Shown: piece by piece, positions 13,700 to 27,017 of the stretch
How the letters are laid out: every line of letters starts with the position of its first letter
Position numbering within the stretch: position 1 is the stretch's first letter
From: Octopus bimaculoides
Lineage: Eukaryota
NCBI RefSeq assembly: GCF_001194135.2
Contig: NC_068984.1
Coordinates: forward strand, 126,179,074 to 126,243,073
Direction: 5' to 3'
Length of the DNA: 64,000 nt
Translations under genes and position numbers: made by a program
Notes under the pieces: generated by a model
The model's input: the letters and a program-made list of their open reading frames with translations, nothing else
Databases searched by the model: none
Told to the model about the DNA's origin: nothing

Positions 13700-16600
13700 T
13701 TAGAAGCATGGATATTAGCAGATGTTTTGAACGTCGTCATTTCATATTTATTCTAATTTAGTCCACATTGAGTTAATCCTTTCACTGTGGAAATCAGAAA
13801 TACCCATTCAAAATTTCGTTACCTTTAATTGTGGAAAACTTTTATACACCAATCTATCATTTGTAGACGGATGTTATGTTTGAAACTACTTTTTGTTGAG
13901 AAACGTCGAATTTATTGAGGCAACATGACTCACAGAAGATACCAATTCTATTTTTTGTATTAATGTTTAAAATCATCGCTGGAACACCCATGAAATTTAA
14001 TTTCGCAGTTAAAGGGTTACAAAATGGAATACCCTCAAACTGTTTGGTCTGTTTTCTTTTTCAAATATTCCTTTTTATGTTTAAAATTTGTTTATTCTGA
14101 TCCAAACTTTAATAAATTTTCTGATATGGTTATCTTGCGTTTTAAATTCCTTATTCCGATTGTCCTAAAAGTGACCAACTCACACATACCCTTCCTCGCC
14201 CTATTAGTTACTTTAAGAAAAATTTAAGAGCAAAATAAGTTGCAACGGTGTTTTGTTGTATCAACAACGTTTTGGAAATACATGAACCTCATATATTCAC
14301 ATTCCACCCTTCTCTAACTCTGCAACTTTGAGTCAATAAATAACTATTTGGGAACATTTTAGTCAGTTATGTTTGCAACGTTGGTGAAGTGTTAGAGCTC
14401 TGTTTATACAGTAACCAGCAGCATACAATGAAGATTGTTCAAAACAAACAAGAATACCACGTGATGATATCACATGGCCATGCATCTGCTCCCTAAATGT
14501 GATGAAATGTGGAACGAGATTGATTTAGATAATATATATGAAGATATAAAATATTATTTATCAGAAATAAGCTTGAAGTTATATCTTATGAATATCTACA
14601 AGCTTATTTCGATTAGATTCCTCTAAGTTAACGAATAGGGCAATAGATTTTACAGTTACGCTGTTAACTTTAATATTACAAAATTTTCTCAACTTAGCCA
14701 TCCCTTATGGATCTATTCTGCCCTTATTACAAATCCGATATAACGATCGTTTTATTTCCTATTCATCTTATTTGAATTTAGTTATGCTATAATCGATGGT
14801 TGGTCCACAAAGTAATGTTTAATAAAGAAAAGTCGATATTTAAGACCCTGTGAACCACTCAGTTGCGCTTGTCTCCAAGCCAGCCTCGCGAGCATGTATT
14901 GTTGATTTTTAAAATGAACTTCATTCTCGACAATCGATTTTTATTTGTTTGCAGAGACCGAAAAGTAATTTCTCTGTCAACATGGAATTAATGAAGGAAA
15001 AATGTAAGTTTTTATGTGTATAATAATTGTTTGGTGACGTGCCATCATAGACTATAAGAAAAGTTTACAGTTTCGAGTAATATCACTTCACGAGCTAAGC
15101 GACATTTCTCTCTTTACGTTCTGAGTTCAAATTTCGCCGAGGTTGACTTTACCTTTCATCCTTTCGGGGTCGATAAAATAAGTAATAGTTGAGCACTGGG
15201 GTCGATATCATTAATTAACCCACTCCCCCAAAATTTCAGGCATAGTAGAAAGAAATATGATAGTTGTTTCATTTCACAGCAATCACTAATATCTTAGTAA
15301 TAGCATGACAGTCATAAGTGCCATTTCATCTCTCTTCTTTTAAAAAATATTTCTGATCTTTAAAATTCAAACAATTGACTCTATTACCTAAAGCGTGGAG
15401 GTTATGTTATCCTTTTTTTTTATACACTATAATGATGTCTTACCGAGACCTGACGAAAAATTACATTGAAGTGTTTGTGCTTTTAGAAAAGACACAAACA
15501 GTGAATTAAATAGACTTCACCGGGAATTGAAACCAAGACACAATCTCTAACTCTTGCTCTTAATATAAAAGCTATGGCATTAGTTGCTATGTTTACGTGA
15601 TTTCATATAATTGCCATAACCTGGAATTGGTCAGTCAGTGACGATGGATGCATTCAATTCTATACTTTACGTACAGTGAGATAACGTAGAGAGACACAGA
15701 GGCGCTTAAAATAAATGTTTCGTTTTGTTTTCAACTGCATCACCACCGTTGTTGAAAAGAGACTATCTAATCTCATGATAGTGCTGGTGCCTCTGGATGT
15801 AGGTGTGTCTACAAGTCTGTGTGACGAGTATGTGAATGTCTTAATGTATGCGTGTGCGCGACTGTATGTAACAAAGCGTGTGTGCAAGTGTCTGTAACAA
15901 TGCGAGTGTATCGTTGTGTAATATATGTGTACATGTGCTGATGTATGTCTAAATACATGTGTTTATGTATGTGTGTGTGGGTACGTGTATCTATGTATGT
16001 ATGTTTGCCCTACTTCAGCTGGGAGCGAGGTTCGAATGTCCAGAAACGGAACGGTCCCTGACTGTAAAGCTGCGCGCGCATGCTCCCTCCCGCCTCGGCT
16101 CTACACATGATGGCGGCCCGAGTCTCTGACGAAGTTCTGTGTAAGGAACTGGGCAAATATGGCGAGAAAGTTAAACTGCCTCTCAACGACAGCAAACGTT
16201 CGATATTACAGAAAAAACTCAATCATCTACAGGCCAAAAACAAACGCAAATCTACATCTATACAGCATAAATCATTCAACAATGAAATGTCTGGCTTTAG
16301 CTCGGATGACGACTCGGCTTTGGTGAATACATCTACCACTAAAACTCTCCCAAAGTCGTCTTCTGCTAGTTCGAGAACGACCCGTGCTGCAGCCGCAGCA
16401 GCTGCTGCATCTAATAATGCCAGCCCTCCTCCGTCTCCGTCAAACGTCCCCAAGAGAAGGTCGATGTCAAATCTCAACAATAGCGACCATCTTTCAGACA
16501 ATACGCACAACAATTCAAAATATGGTTTACATTCTCCGACATCCGGATCGAACCAGACGTCTAGGAAATCTCCCGGCGTCATATCTTACCATTCATCTCT

Positions 16601-17631
16601 CGGTGGTAGTAACACCAGCATAGACAGTTTACCTGGCAACAGCATATATTCTAACCACCAGGTCCACCACAGACGGAGCGCAAACCTGAAGCCTCCAGTA
16701 ACCACTTCCAGTCGTACAGGAATCTACTTCGATTCCACAGATTCTGATATCGATGCCGATGAGGACGAGAACTCTATAGCCTCCAAATCTTCAACATTCT
16801 CCAACAGCTTTGCTAAAAGCTCCCCTATTTACTCCTCACACTACTCTCCGCTATCGAGGACTGGTAATTTCAGTTCGCCGACATTGTCCGTTACAAGTAC
16901 CCCTAAGAAGAAAACGACGCAGATTCTAAACGAATTCCGTCAGAATTTCACCAAGACTCCACAAAACCCTTATAAAAGCAACTTTTGGGATAATTACATT
17001 CCGTATGGCTTCAATGGGAGTAGACATGTCGGTGAGAAAAATTCACACTGTATCTCACGCATTTTACCCATCGCTATGGTGCTATTCTTCACTTTCTTGG
17101 GTATTATGTATGTCCGCAATTGGTCCGAGCCTAGTCTCTCTCCAGAGAACAATAAAGGTAAGTCTATACAGATCCCTTCCTTCCTCGCATCACGTATACA
17201 TTGTTACTATACACAACTATATATATATATATAAACAAGCTTTCCCCTTCATATTTTTAATAATGCAGTCTAGTTTAAATCTTTTCTCTGCAGATTTCTA
17301 CTAAACGTGTATGAATGCGCGCGCGTATATATATATATATATAATACAAATAATATATGCGTATATACGTACATGTATGTACATACCTACATCTACATAT
17401 ATATATAGATGCATATCTGGGTACAGGATGTCACAAAAAAACGTAGGCAAAATGATAAACGGAATACAGAAAACATATATATATATGTATGTACGTATGT
17501 ATGTCTGCACGTGTACTATATTTTCTGCGCGCGTTTAAGTAGTGTGCATGTGTTTACGATTGTATGTTGTGTATATATGTGTGTGTGTGTATAATACACA
17601 TTATAAACACACACCAGTATTTCTGTGATGT

Positions 17632-17662
<31 letters not shown>

Positions 17663-18450
17663 CGGTTTGCATATTTATAAAACCGTGTCTCTTTGAAATC
17701 AAATTACATCTTTATTCCCAGTTGTATAAATTAGTATTATAAAAATTATTCAACTGGATAAAATATCACACCTGGAGGTAAAGAGCTATAAACGACAAAG
17801 TAGACAGACAGCCCCTGAAGATAACCGATTTGAAAGATCCGTACTGAATTTGTGTGTTGTATGTACTCCGAGCGCGCACACGCACAAGCTGTTCATACAT
17901 GAGTGTAATTCCCCCATTGCAATAAAATTTGCTTCATGTGCATGTGTTGTAGTGCACATCAATATCACAACCCTCTTCATACTCGCGACAGTAGCGAGGA
18001 GTGAGGTCCCTCTTCTAATAATATCTGATTTCTGTCGGGTACTCTTCCTTTTTTTATCGTATTAATTATTAAATACCATCTTGAGGTCGGCGTAATCGAC
18101 TAATCTCCTCCCCATCAAAAATTGTTGGCCTTTGTATTTTAAACCAGAAACCATTTGTAGTAGTTGTAGCTTCTCTTGTGTAGTTGATAGATTCAGACTG
18201 GGTAGAAACAGGTAAGATTTATTCTCTGGGGTAAGAGATTATTTTTATTTATTTATGTGTTTCAGCCAAGTGGCTGCGGTCATGCTGTAGCGGAGATATG
18301 GAGGATGTAAGATTCGTGAAATAATATTTGCCTTGGGTGACCCGGTATTTTTGAAAATGGGGGTAAACCTGATATTGAGACGCCGACGATTAGATAATGT
18401 CGTTTATCTATCTCATTGACCACATATTTTGTCATTGACTCTCATCGGCA
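13700..18450. promoter_or_regulatory. CpG-retaining promoter/first-exon domain of MAN1 (boundaries approximate)
   Basis: CG dinucleotides are visibly frequent here (TGCGCGCGCATGC at 16071-16083, CTCGCGAG near 14886, GCGCGC runs at 17317 and 17528) compared with the CpG-poor introns downstream. Judged by eye, not counted. Confidence 0.55.
16107..17157 (+). CDS. LEMD3: MAN1 coding exon 1: LEM domain, Ser/Thr-rich nucleoplasmic region, TM1
   Basis: Lies in ORF 16080..17234. SDEVLCKELGKYGEKVKLPLNDSKRSILQKKLNHL is LEM-like; GFSSDDD at 16293-16313; hydrophobic ILPIAMVLFFTFLGIMYV. Donor AAAG|GTAAGT, phase 1. In-frame ATGs at 16080, 16107 and 16110; 16110 has the best Kozak context (A-3, G+4). Confidence 0.93.
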
Positions 18451-21400
18451 TAATTTCTCTCTCTATCTCCCATAAATGTGCCACATCTAACTGCAATATC
18501 AATGAATTCAATATTTTTGTAAACAAAAAAAAAAAAGTAAATAACGTTTTGAGTATGCTTTGAGAATTCTAAAACTTTGCTTAGGTCTATCCTTTGGACA
18601 AGAAATCTCTAAAGCAGGAATGGCCTTGCCAAAAATGTTAGAATTTCCTCTTCCCGAATAGGATATTATAATTCATAACACCAACACATTAATATTATGC
18701 TATGTATATTCTAACTTCACTGAGCTGATTTTTTTTTTCGTTGGGGATCACGATAAGTTTTCTCGAATTTTCACATTTAAATTTTACTATTTACAAAACC
18801 ATTTGCCTTAAACTTAATCGGCTCTCGTTGAAGCTGTGCCTGCAGTTATTACATATTGTCAAGTACCCATTGTGCTTGCTATGAAGTCTTGTTTACATTT
18901 GCAAGCATAATAACATAGATAACCACCAATGGGGCCTGTATGTGATGAGATCTTTCTATGCAGAATATAAGAAACCCTTCGTGAGATATCTCGTGGATAA
19001 GGTTTCAGAAAATTTTAAAGTAAATAGTTTGTTTGTGGACAATGTTTACTGTCCTGGTGTGCCCCCTATATTTTCATTTCTATTATTACATCAATGCTAT
19101 GAGTGATATCATCATTCGGTATTGTGTTGTCGAGGACGACTAATATAATCAGGTTTGGTCAAATCACTGTACTCAAATTGGCATCTCTGTTCTGCTACAT
19201 AAACCTTAAACTATACTTTCTTACAGAGTTTTCAAGCTTATGAAGTCTCTGTATTCTTCAGTGTCATTTTTCTTCGTATAAATAAATGGTAATGTAAATA
19301 TTCCACTCTTAAGCCACAAGTGATTTATGCTTAACTTCTTTGTCATGGTATTAAGTTTCTCCCAGGATATCATGCCTGATCTACCACAGGTAACATTGCC
19401 AGATGATCTGATATCAAACTGTGTTAAATGGGCTAATGTTCAACACTATAGAAACACAATGAAATATCAGAAGTCGAGATTTGAGCATGTAACTTAATGA
19501 ACAGGAAGTCCTATATCCTTTTGGACATCTTATCTCTACAGTTGAATGATTTTAACAGGAGAATGAACGTTCAGCTCCAAAGATATGTCCTAATATGTAA
19601 ATAACAAAAATAGTTAATAGCTTATAGAAAGTAATGGTGTGGATTGAGGGTGATCAGTATCAAAAAGAAGCTGATTGTTTTAGCTCAAAATGAAAATTTT
19701 GTGAGTAAATTTTAAAAATATATGTATATATGCCATATGTTGGCTCTAATTTATTTAGATGATAATTAATATAGTCAATAGGATTCTTACCCGTTTCTTT
19801 TTAAATAAATGCAAGCACGGCTGTGTGGTTAAGAAGCTCACTATGCAATCATGTAGTTTCTGGTTCAGTCCTATTGTGCAGCACCTTGGGCGAGTATCTC
19901 CTCTTATAACCCCTGAACAACCAATGCCTTGTAAGTGAATTTAGTAGATGGAAACTATATGGAAGCTCATATATATATATATATAATATATATATGCGTG
20001 TGTGTGTCTTTGTTAATGTCCCTGTAACTTAGCAGTCCACCAAAACAGATTGGTCAGATAAGTACTGGGGTTGATTTGTTTGACTAAACCCTTTAAGACT
20101 GTGCCCCAACATGGGTGCAGTCTAGTGACTGAAGCAAGTAGAAGATAATGTAGTTACCCTAAATTTTGAAATAAATGGTATACAGTCCTGTAAAGTAGCA
20201 TGGTCTGTTATTTGTAGTCCAGTTTGGCAACCCTGTATGGAAATATGGTTGATAGATACTTGAAATTTTTTTATTGTTTCATTCATTAGACTATGAACAT
20301 GCTATGATATTATCTTCAAAGGTTTTAGTTATTCATACCAATCCTAGCATTTATGTCAATTTAGAACTTAGTTTATTGAACTCTATTCTAAGTTTACAGA
20401 ACCTAACAAGACATAACATAAACATGCAAGCATATTTCTAGATATATGATGGGTTTCTGCATAGTTTCCATTCATCAAATTCCACTCGTGGGGTATTGAT
20501 CAACTCAAGGCTAAAGTTGGAAGACACTTTCCCTAAGTACTGCAAACTCTTTTGTCCAAGTTTACAAATGACTGTCAGTCTTCAAAGTTCAAACATGGCT
20601 CTTGGTGAGGAACTTGTCGCCATCAGTCAATACAATATGAAATGAGGTAATACATTATTGACTAGGGTTGTTATTTGAGACAAAATAAAGCACTTTCAAA
20701 TGATCATTTATAACACATTACGGACGTCAGCATTGTCCTATATTAGAATGTACCAAAGCCCAAGAGTACCTCTGTTAGGAAAAAGACATACTGAATTTTC
20801 AGAGAACATTTAACATCATAAGAGTTTCATGCTTAGAAGAGGTTGTCTCCAAATAGTTGCTTCTAAGTCATTTTCCTAAAGATGTTGTCCCAAGTCATTG
20901 ACCTATACATGTTGACCTAAATTATTGTCTGTCACTGGCTCTTCTACACTTTACAATATTCTGTGGTAAAGATTGTTTTCAATGAAAGGGTTGTTTTCTG
21001 CTTAATTGGGATATTTAGTTATCAACTTATGTCATTTCGCCTTGTACGCTGTCACTTTTATAGACTGTTTATAGTTGTCAATGTCACTGATTGTTTTGTA
21101 AAATATACATACTGAAGACATAGAGTAAATGTCAGATTTAGAAGGAATTTTATTGAATGGTGTTGGTTGTGATCCACTGTTATAATGGTAATCTGAATTT
21201 GTCACTGTAGAAATTCTTTTCAGCATTCTTCAGACACAGTATAGCTGTGTGTCTTGGATTTCTTGCGGTTATTTGCTAATTGGCACGATAGAGGTTAGTG
21301 TAAACCACTCATTGACAAACTGTGGCCTACAAGACTTTCTGAATGGGAAGCCTAATGAAAAATGACCTGGAATTTTCTTTTAGTAATGTGACCCACCTGA

Positions 21401-24400
21401 TGATGGCCCATGTCTTATGCTGCTTGTTTCTTGAAAAAGGTTGGCCATAACTGTATAAACTAATGTTGTTACCTCTGGTAGTTTGCATTAGTTGTTGAAG
21501 CTATAGCCATGTACAACTTTGCCTTATAGCCTTTCCTTTCACTAACCACATTAAACTAAAAGACTGTTTGGTCAGCTAACTTAACTGCAGTTAGTAATGT
21601 ATTAGAAAGGATGGTAACAGTGATTGTACTGTTAATACAAAAAGCACTCCGAGTGGGAAAAAAATTGAGTACATTGCCCAGAATCCTAACACATTGCCAT
21701 TAAATTCTCCTATAACTTAATACACAATAGCCAAGCTTATTAGTAATTAGTAAGTTCTTACTGAAGAGAACAATACATCTAATCCTGCATTGATTTATAT
21801 TATTGATACTCCATAACAAATATATAATTACAGATATGGTTGCAAATTTGACAATCTGATATAACAAAATTACATGAAAGAAGAGCCCATGTTAGTCACA
21901 GTGTAATTATTTCGGGTTCAACACATGGTCATGTCACTTGCTAAATAACTAAAACTCTGAAATCTAATGATATCACTCTAAGAAAGACCATGCATATACA
22001 TAGCTTACCCTGCACTGAAGAGGCTGGTCTTTCTTGTCACAACCACATCAGAGTGAGGATGGTATTCTTCAATAGATCAAACTTGTCATTCCATTAAGCT
22101 ATATTGCTGTCTTGTGCAGAATTCATTCATCAACATTTCCCAACAAAGCATGCCATTATTTTCAAAGGCAAGAAGGGCATCTAGTTATAAAGTATCTGCC
22201 TTGACAAACTCCATCTGTTCCATGGAAGCATGGAAAAATGGACATTAAAATGATGATGAGTAAAAGAACATCTACCTTGTTAGTAAACTTTCTTTTCACT
22301 ATTGATCTTTGTCCATCTCTTTTCCCAGTATTATTGTGACTCCTGGCCTTCTCAATATTGTTCATTCTACACTATAGCTACATCATCTCTTTTTCTCTCT
22401 TCAGACCAACAAACACATCTACCTATGACTATATTCGCACTCAACTTATTCTCTACATTCTTCCTCTACTGTCATTCTTGCCTTCTCTTCCTACCTTCTG
22501 AGATGTTGCATAGTCTCTTAAACAGTCTTTCCTGTCAGTAAAACATACCTCTGTAGCTCATCACAGAACAGTCATTGAGACTACATCAGACTCAGTATTA
22601 TACATCGACTTAAAGACAGACCTTGGATATCTATGAGTCCTTCTGTCTTTTCCTCCCCATGACTTAAACTGTTAGCCAAGTACATCCTCTTTCTAATGCG
22701 GTTACATCAGAATAATACACAATCTTGTCCATTCTCAACTTCACCACAACATAATTGTTCACAGTCCTGACAGACATGTTAATTGTACCTTGAGTAACAA
22801 AACTGTCTTTTTGTTTAATATTTTTGGTTAGTGATTGACTGTTGAATAGTACCATCATTGTTCGGTTGAACGCTAGTGAAACTAACTTGAAGCCGCACCA
22901 TCTTTTTATAGACTTCTAAGTGTTTCACCTATTTTGTTTTAATATTTCTTTCTTCTAAGGCGGCAAGTTGGCAGAATCGTTAGCACGCCGGGCAAAATGC
23001 TTAGCGGTATTTCGTCTGCTGTTACTTTCTGAATTCAAATTCCACCAAGGTCGACTTTGCCTTTCATCCTTTCAGGGTCGATAAATTAAGTAGCAGTTGT
23101 GGACTGGGGTCGATCTAATCCACTGGCCCCCTTTCCAAAAATTTTGGGCCTTGAGTAGATAAGAATATTTCTTTCTTCTGGCAGGTTGCTCAACTTGCTA
23201 GAAATAGCAGTCAGATTTCTCTAATCAACAATACTCTCTTTTCTTCCCCAAATTAATGGTCTTCTAGGAATTTTATTCTTTTATTTGTTTCAGTCATTTG
23301 ACTGTGGCCATGCTGGAGCACTGCCTTGAAGGGTTTTAATCAAACAAATTGACCCCAGACCTAGTACTTATTCTATCAATCTGTTCTTCTGAACTGCTAA
23401 GTTGCAGGGATGTAAACACAGACACAAAGGCACACACACATAGATATATACATATATTTTTTTCATCTTTGTTGCCGTACACATTTGCTAGCTTTCTTAC
23501 AAAGAGTTCTAATGCTCTTAGCTTAGACTTTTTTGGGGACAACCAGATCGCACCATCTCTAGTGTAACTGTCTGAAATGGTCGTGACTTCTGGTATTTGA
23601 CTGATGAAAGAAAGCCAAGAATGACCTGTCCTAATTGTTATTTCTCTTGTTCACCTTAGTGTCATCTATCTGTCTGAACATTTTAATGCCCTCTATTGCG
23701 TTTTTGTTCCATTTTTCTATCTATATATATACATATACAAACACACACAATGGACTTCTTTCAGTTTCCGTCTACTAGATCCACTCTCAAGGCTTTAGTC
23801 AGCCTGTGGCTAAAGTAGAAGATACTTGTCTAAGGTGCTATGTAGTGGGACTGAACCCAGAACCATGTGGTTGGGAAGAAAGCTTCTTACCACACATCAT
23901 TATTATTTTTTATTTTTAAGGTGGTGAGCTGACAGAATTGTTAGTGTATCAGACAAAATGCTTCACAGCATTTCTGCTGAGGTCAACAATGCTTTTCATC
24001 CTTTCCAGGTCTATAAAATAAGCACTGGTTGAGCAATGGGGCTGATGTATTTAACTAAACCCCTTCCTCTAAAATTACTGACCTTGTGCCAAAATTACAA
24101 AGAATTATTATTATAATTATTTTGGAGTAATGATTCCTAACATTGGCACAGAGCCATAAATTCAGGGAAGAAGATATTGTAGAAATTATTTTAATGTTTG
24201 GCCTTGTGCCTATGAAAGAAATCATTATTATTTTTAATATTGGAGTGGCAAAAATAATAGTGTAGAGGACTGAATGTGGTAGAATGCTTTAGGTTTTTAA
24301 TTGCATTCTATAATTTAAATTCAACCTGGGCTGATTTTATGCATGCAATAACTATCATTGTTTAATGCCTATGTTCCATGCTGGCATGGGTTAGACAGTT

Positions 24401-24949
24401 TGACAGGATCAGATATGTCCAAAGATTGCATTGTGCTCTAGAGTCTGTGGCATGGTTTCTATGGCTATATGCTCTATCTAATGCCAACCAATTTATTGCT
24501 TGGACTAGGTGGTTTTTCCATGCCACCTATACTTTTGATGTTGCCATGCAGCTCAAAGAACTACAAACCCTGGGGTGGGGGTGGGGTCAGTTTCATGCTA
24601 GTGGGTGCAGGTATTGAACTGAGGTGGGAGCAGTGCAGGTTGTTGAAGAGGATCTGTATGGCTACTCATGAACTTTAAAAACTGAGAAAAAGAAACCAGC
24701 AGAGTCGGAAGGAGCAGCAATAACAGGACCAGAGGTCACTGTTTTCAGAGTGCCACTAGTTGCAGCTCCAAGGATGATCCAAAATTTTGCCTCGTCCTCA
24801 ATCCCAAGGACCAATCACCAAGAGGTAGCTGGGAAACCCTCTCAATTAGTAGTAGCACCCAAAAGTCTTGCAACAAAGAAATGAACAGGAAACAGGCAAA
24901 GTGCAAGAGAGAATAGAAAGTGGAGTAGTCCTCCCCCTCACAAATATAT

Positions 24950-25360
24950 ATCATCATCATCATCATCATCATCATTGTTTAACGTCTGCTTTCCATGCTA
25001 GCATGGATTGGACGATTTGACTGAGGACTGGTGAACCGGATGGCTACACCAGGCTCCAATCTGATTTGGCAGAGTTTCTACAGCTGGATGCCCTTCCTGA
25101 CGCCAACCACTCCGAGAGTGTAGTGGGTGCTTTTACGTGCCACCGGCACGAAGGCCAGTCAGGTGGTACTGGCAACAGCCACGCTCAAAATGATGTATTT
25201 TACGTGCCACCTGCACAGGAGCCAGTCCAGCGGTACTGGCACAATCTCGCTCAAAAGTCCTTACACATGCCACGGGTACAAGTGCCAGGAAGGCGACGCT
25301 GGGCACAGGTGCCATTATGATTTCGCTTTCGCTTTCCCCAACAGGTCTTCACAAGCCAAG
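24950..25360 (-). mobile_element. RTE LINE 3' UTR fragment with (GAT)n tail
   Basis: Near-identical to 40528-40940, which is attached to an RTE ORF C-terminus. Confidence 0.8.
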
Positions 25361-25802
25361 TTTATATTTAAACTTACAAAAAATGCATGAAGAATATCCA
25401 CAGTGAACACACCTCTATAAATTTCTGCCCTTCATAAAGCAGATGACCTGTTGGATGGGTTATATAGCCAATTAGAACATTTATGGAAAGAGTTAGTGCT
25501 AATTTGCCAAGAGATGGGCTCTAATTATGTGGAGTGACTAAGGAGAAGATAAATTACTTATAAAAGCACTTTTGCATACAATGCAGAAGTGTACGTAAAT
25601 CACATCAGAGACATAAGGCCCTTTTCTTTGCTGGAATTGCTCACTCGCATTTTCAAAACAGAGTATTCAATACCTGGATGAAGTGCAAGGGTGAGTCGAT
25701 GATGATCAAAATTATGAGGAGCCCTGATCTGACACACGGAGGTTCTATGATTTCTGCGAATTATACCTCCTTAACTTTTTAGTATTCAGAATAAACTATA
25801 TT

Positions 25803-25986
25803 TTAACTCTTATTCATTGACATTGTTTTGTATTAATCAGGCATTATCTTGTACCTTCAAGATTTTGATGATGTAATTGTATATTTTGTGAATGATATTG
25901 TAAGGTAGGTGTGAGAGACCCAACCTGGTTGGTGTGAACATAAAACAGGTAGAACATTTTGGCCAGTTTAAACACTAAAGGGTTAA
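25803..25986 (-). mobile_element. TTAA-flanked MITE family C, internally deleted
   Basis: Ends AAACACTAAAGGGTTAA; body matches 45174-45401. Confidence 0.65.
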
Positions 25987-26329
25987 CAAACTCCATCTGA
26001 ACAATGCAAGCAGGAAATGTGGATGGTAAAATGATAACTGATAGTCACTCACAAACATTTTTCAATGCCTGGCCCATATGTGTGCTATGTCTCTTCTAAT
26101 TTCTTTTTCTACAATGGCCTCTACTGGTTAGCTGGTCTTATGTCAGTTTCAGTAATGTTGTCTGGACTTAGTTATTCTTCTCATGATTGATGTTGTATCT
26201 AATGCTCCAGGCCCTGCAATTCCTTCCCTGCACATGTCTATTTTGCCACCATCAACTTGACCCTCTTATACTGCTAATCTCTCATTAACTGGCACAAAGA
26301 CACCGCCTTCACTACTACTCCCTCCTTCC

Positions 26330-26578
26330 AGCTGAGGGGTTTTTTTGTCTTGCAAGTTACTTGGTGGCCCTGTCAGTGCTGGTACCACATAATAACCACT
26401 GATGGTGTTATGTAGAAAGCACCCAGTACACTCTGTTAAGTTATTGGCATTAGGGGGAGCATCCAGCCATAGAGATTTTGCCAAAACAGACAGTGGAGCC
26501 TGTGTTACCAGCTCCTCTCAAACTGTCCCACCCATGCCAGCATGGAAAACAGACAGACATTAAATGATGATGATAATG
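26330..26578 (+). mobile_element. SINE-like element sharing the RTE 3' tail
   Basis: GCATCCAGCCATAGA...CCCATGCCAGCATGGAAAAC...TTAAATGATGATGAT is reverse-complement homologous to the RTE 3' ends; similar copies near 12700-12990 and 22160-22260. Confidence 0.6.
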
Positions 26579-27017
26579 GTGGAAAATATATATATATAAG
26601 TCAGTAAATAGTGGGGTTGTGTTAACCGCACGTGGAGAAATAATAGGAAAATGAAAAATAATAATAAGGCAGAATGCTAAACTGGAAGCATATTTTAATA
26701 AAGCAAATTTTCAAGAAAAGGGAGAATAAAAATGTTTTTTACAAAGAAGTACAAAATGAAGAAAATAATATATAAAAAAATAAATATACCAATACATTAT
26801 ATCATTTTTGAGCTTTTGAAGTTCAATGGTAATTCATGTATATAATGGTTGGAAAAATAAGGATGCATGAGAATTGAGAGTTGTGTTAGGTTTAAAAAAA
26901 GGGTTAAAAGTTTGTGTTAAGCAGGAAGTGTGTGTAAGGGGAGACAAATGTTTTTAGTTAATCTCCCTCAATACCGCCAAATTCCACTCAGTGGCCATAT
27001 AGACTCTTGCGCCAGAA

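Noticed and set aside
14474-14630. 50-codon + strand ORF (MAMHLLPKCDEMWNEIDLD...)
   Set aside because: Short, with no splice partners or recognisable homology
16223-16582. 119-aa antisense ORF over exon 1
   Set aside because: Typical shadow ORF of a GC-richer coding exon; no recognisable motifs
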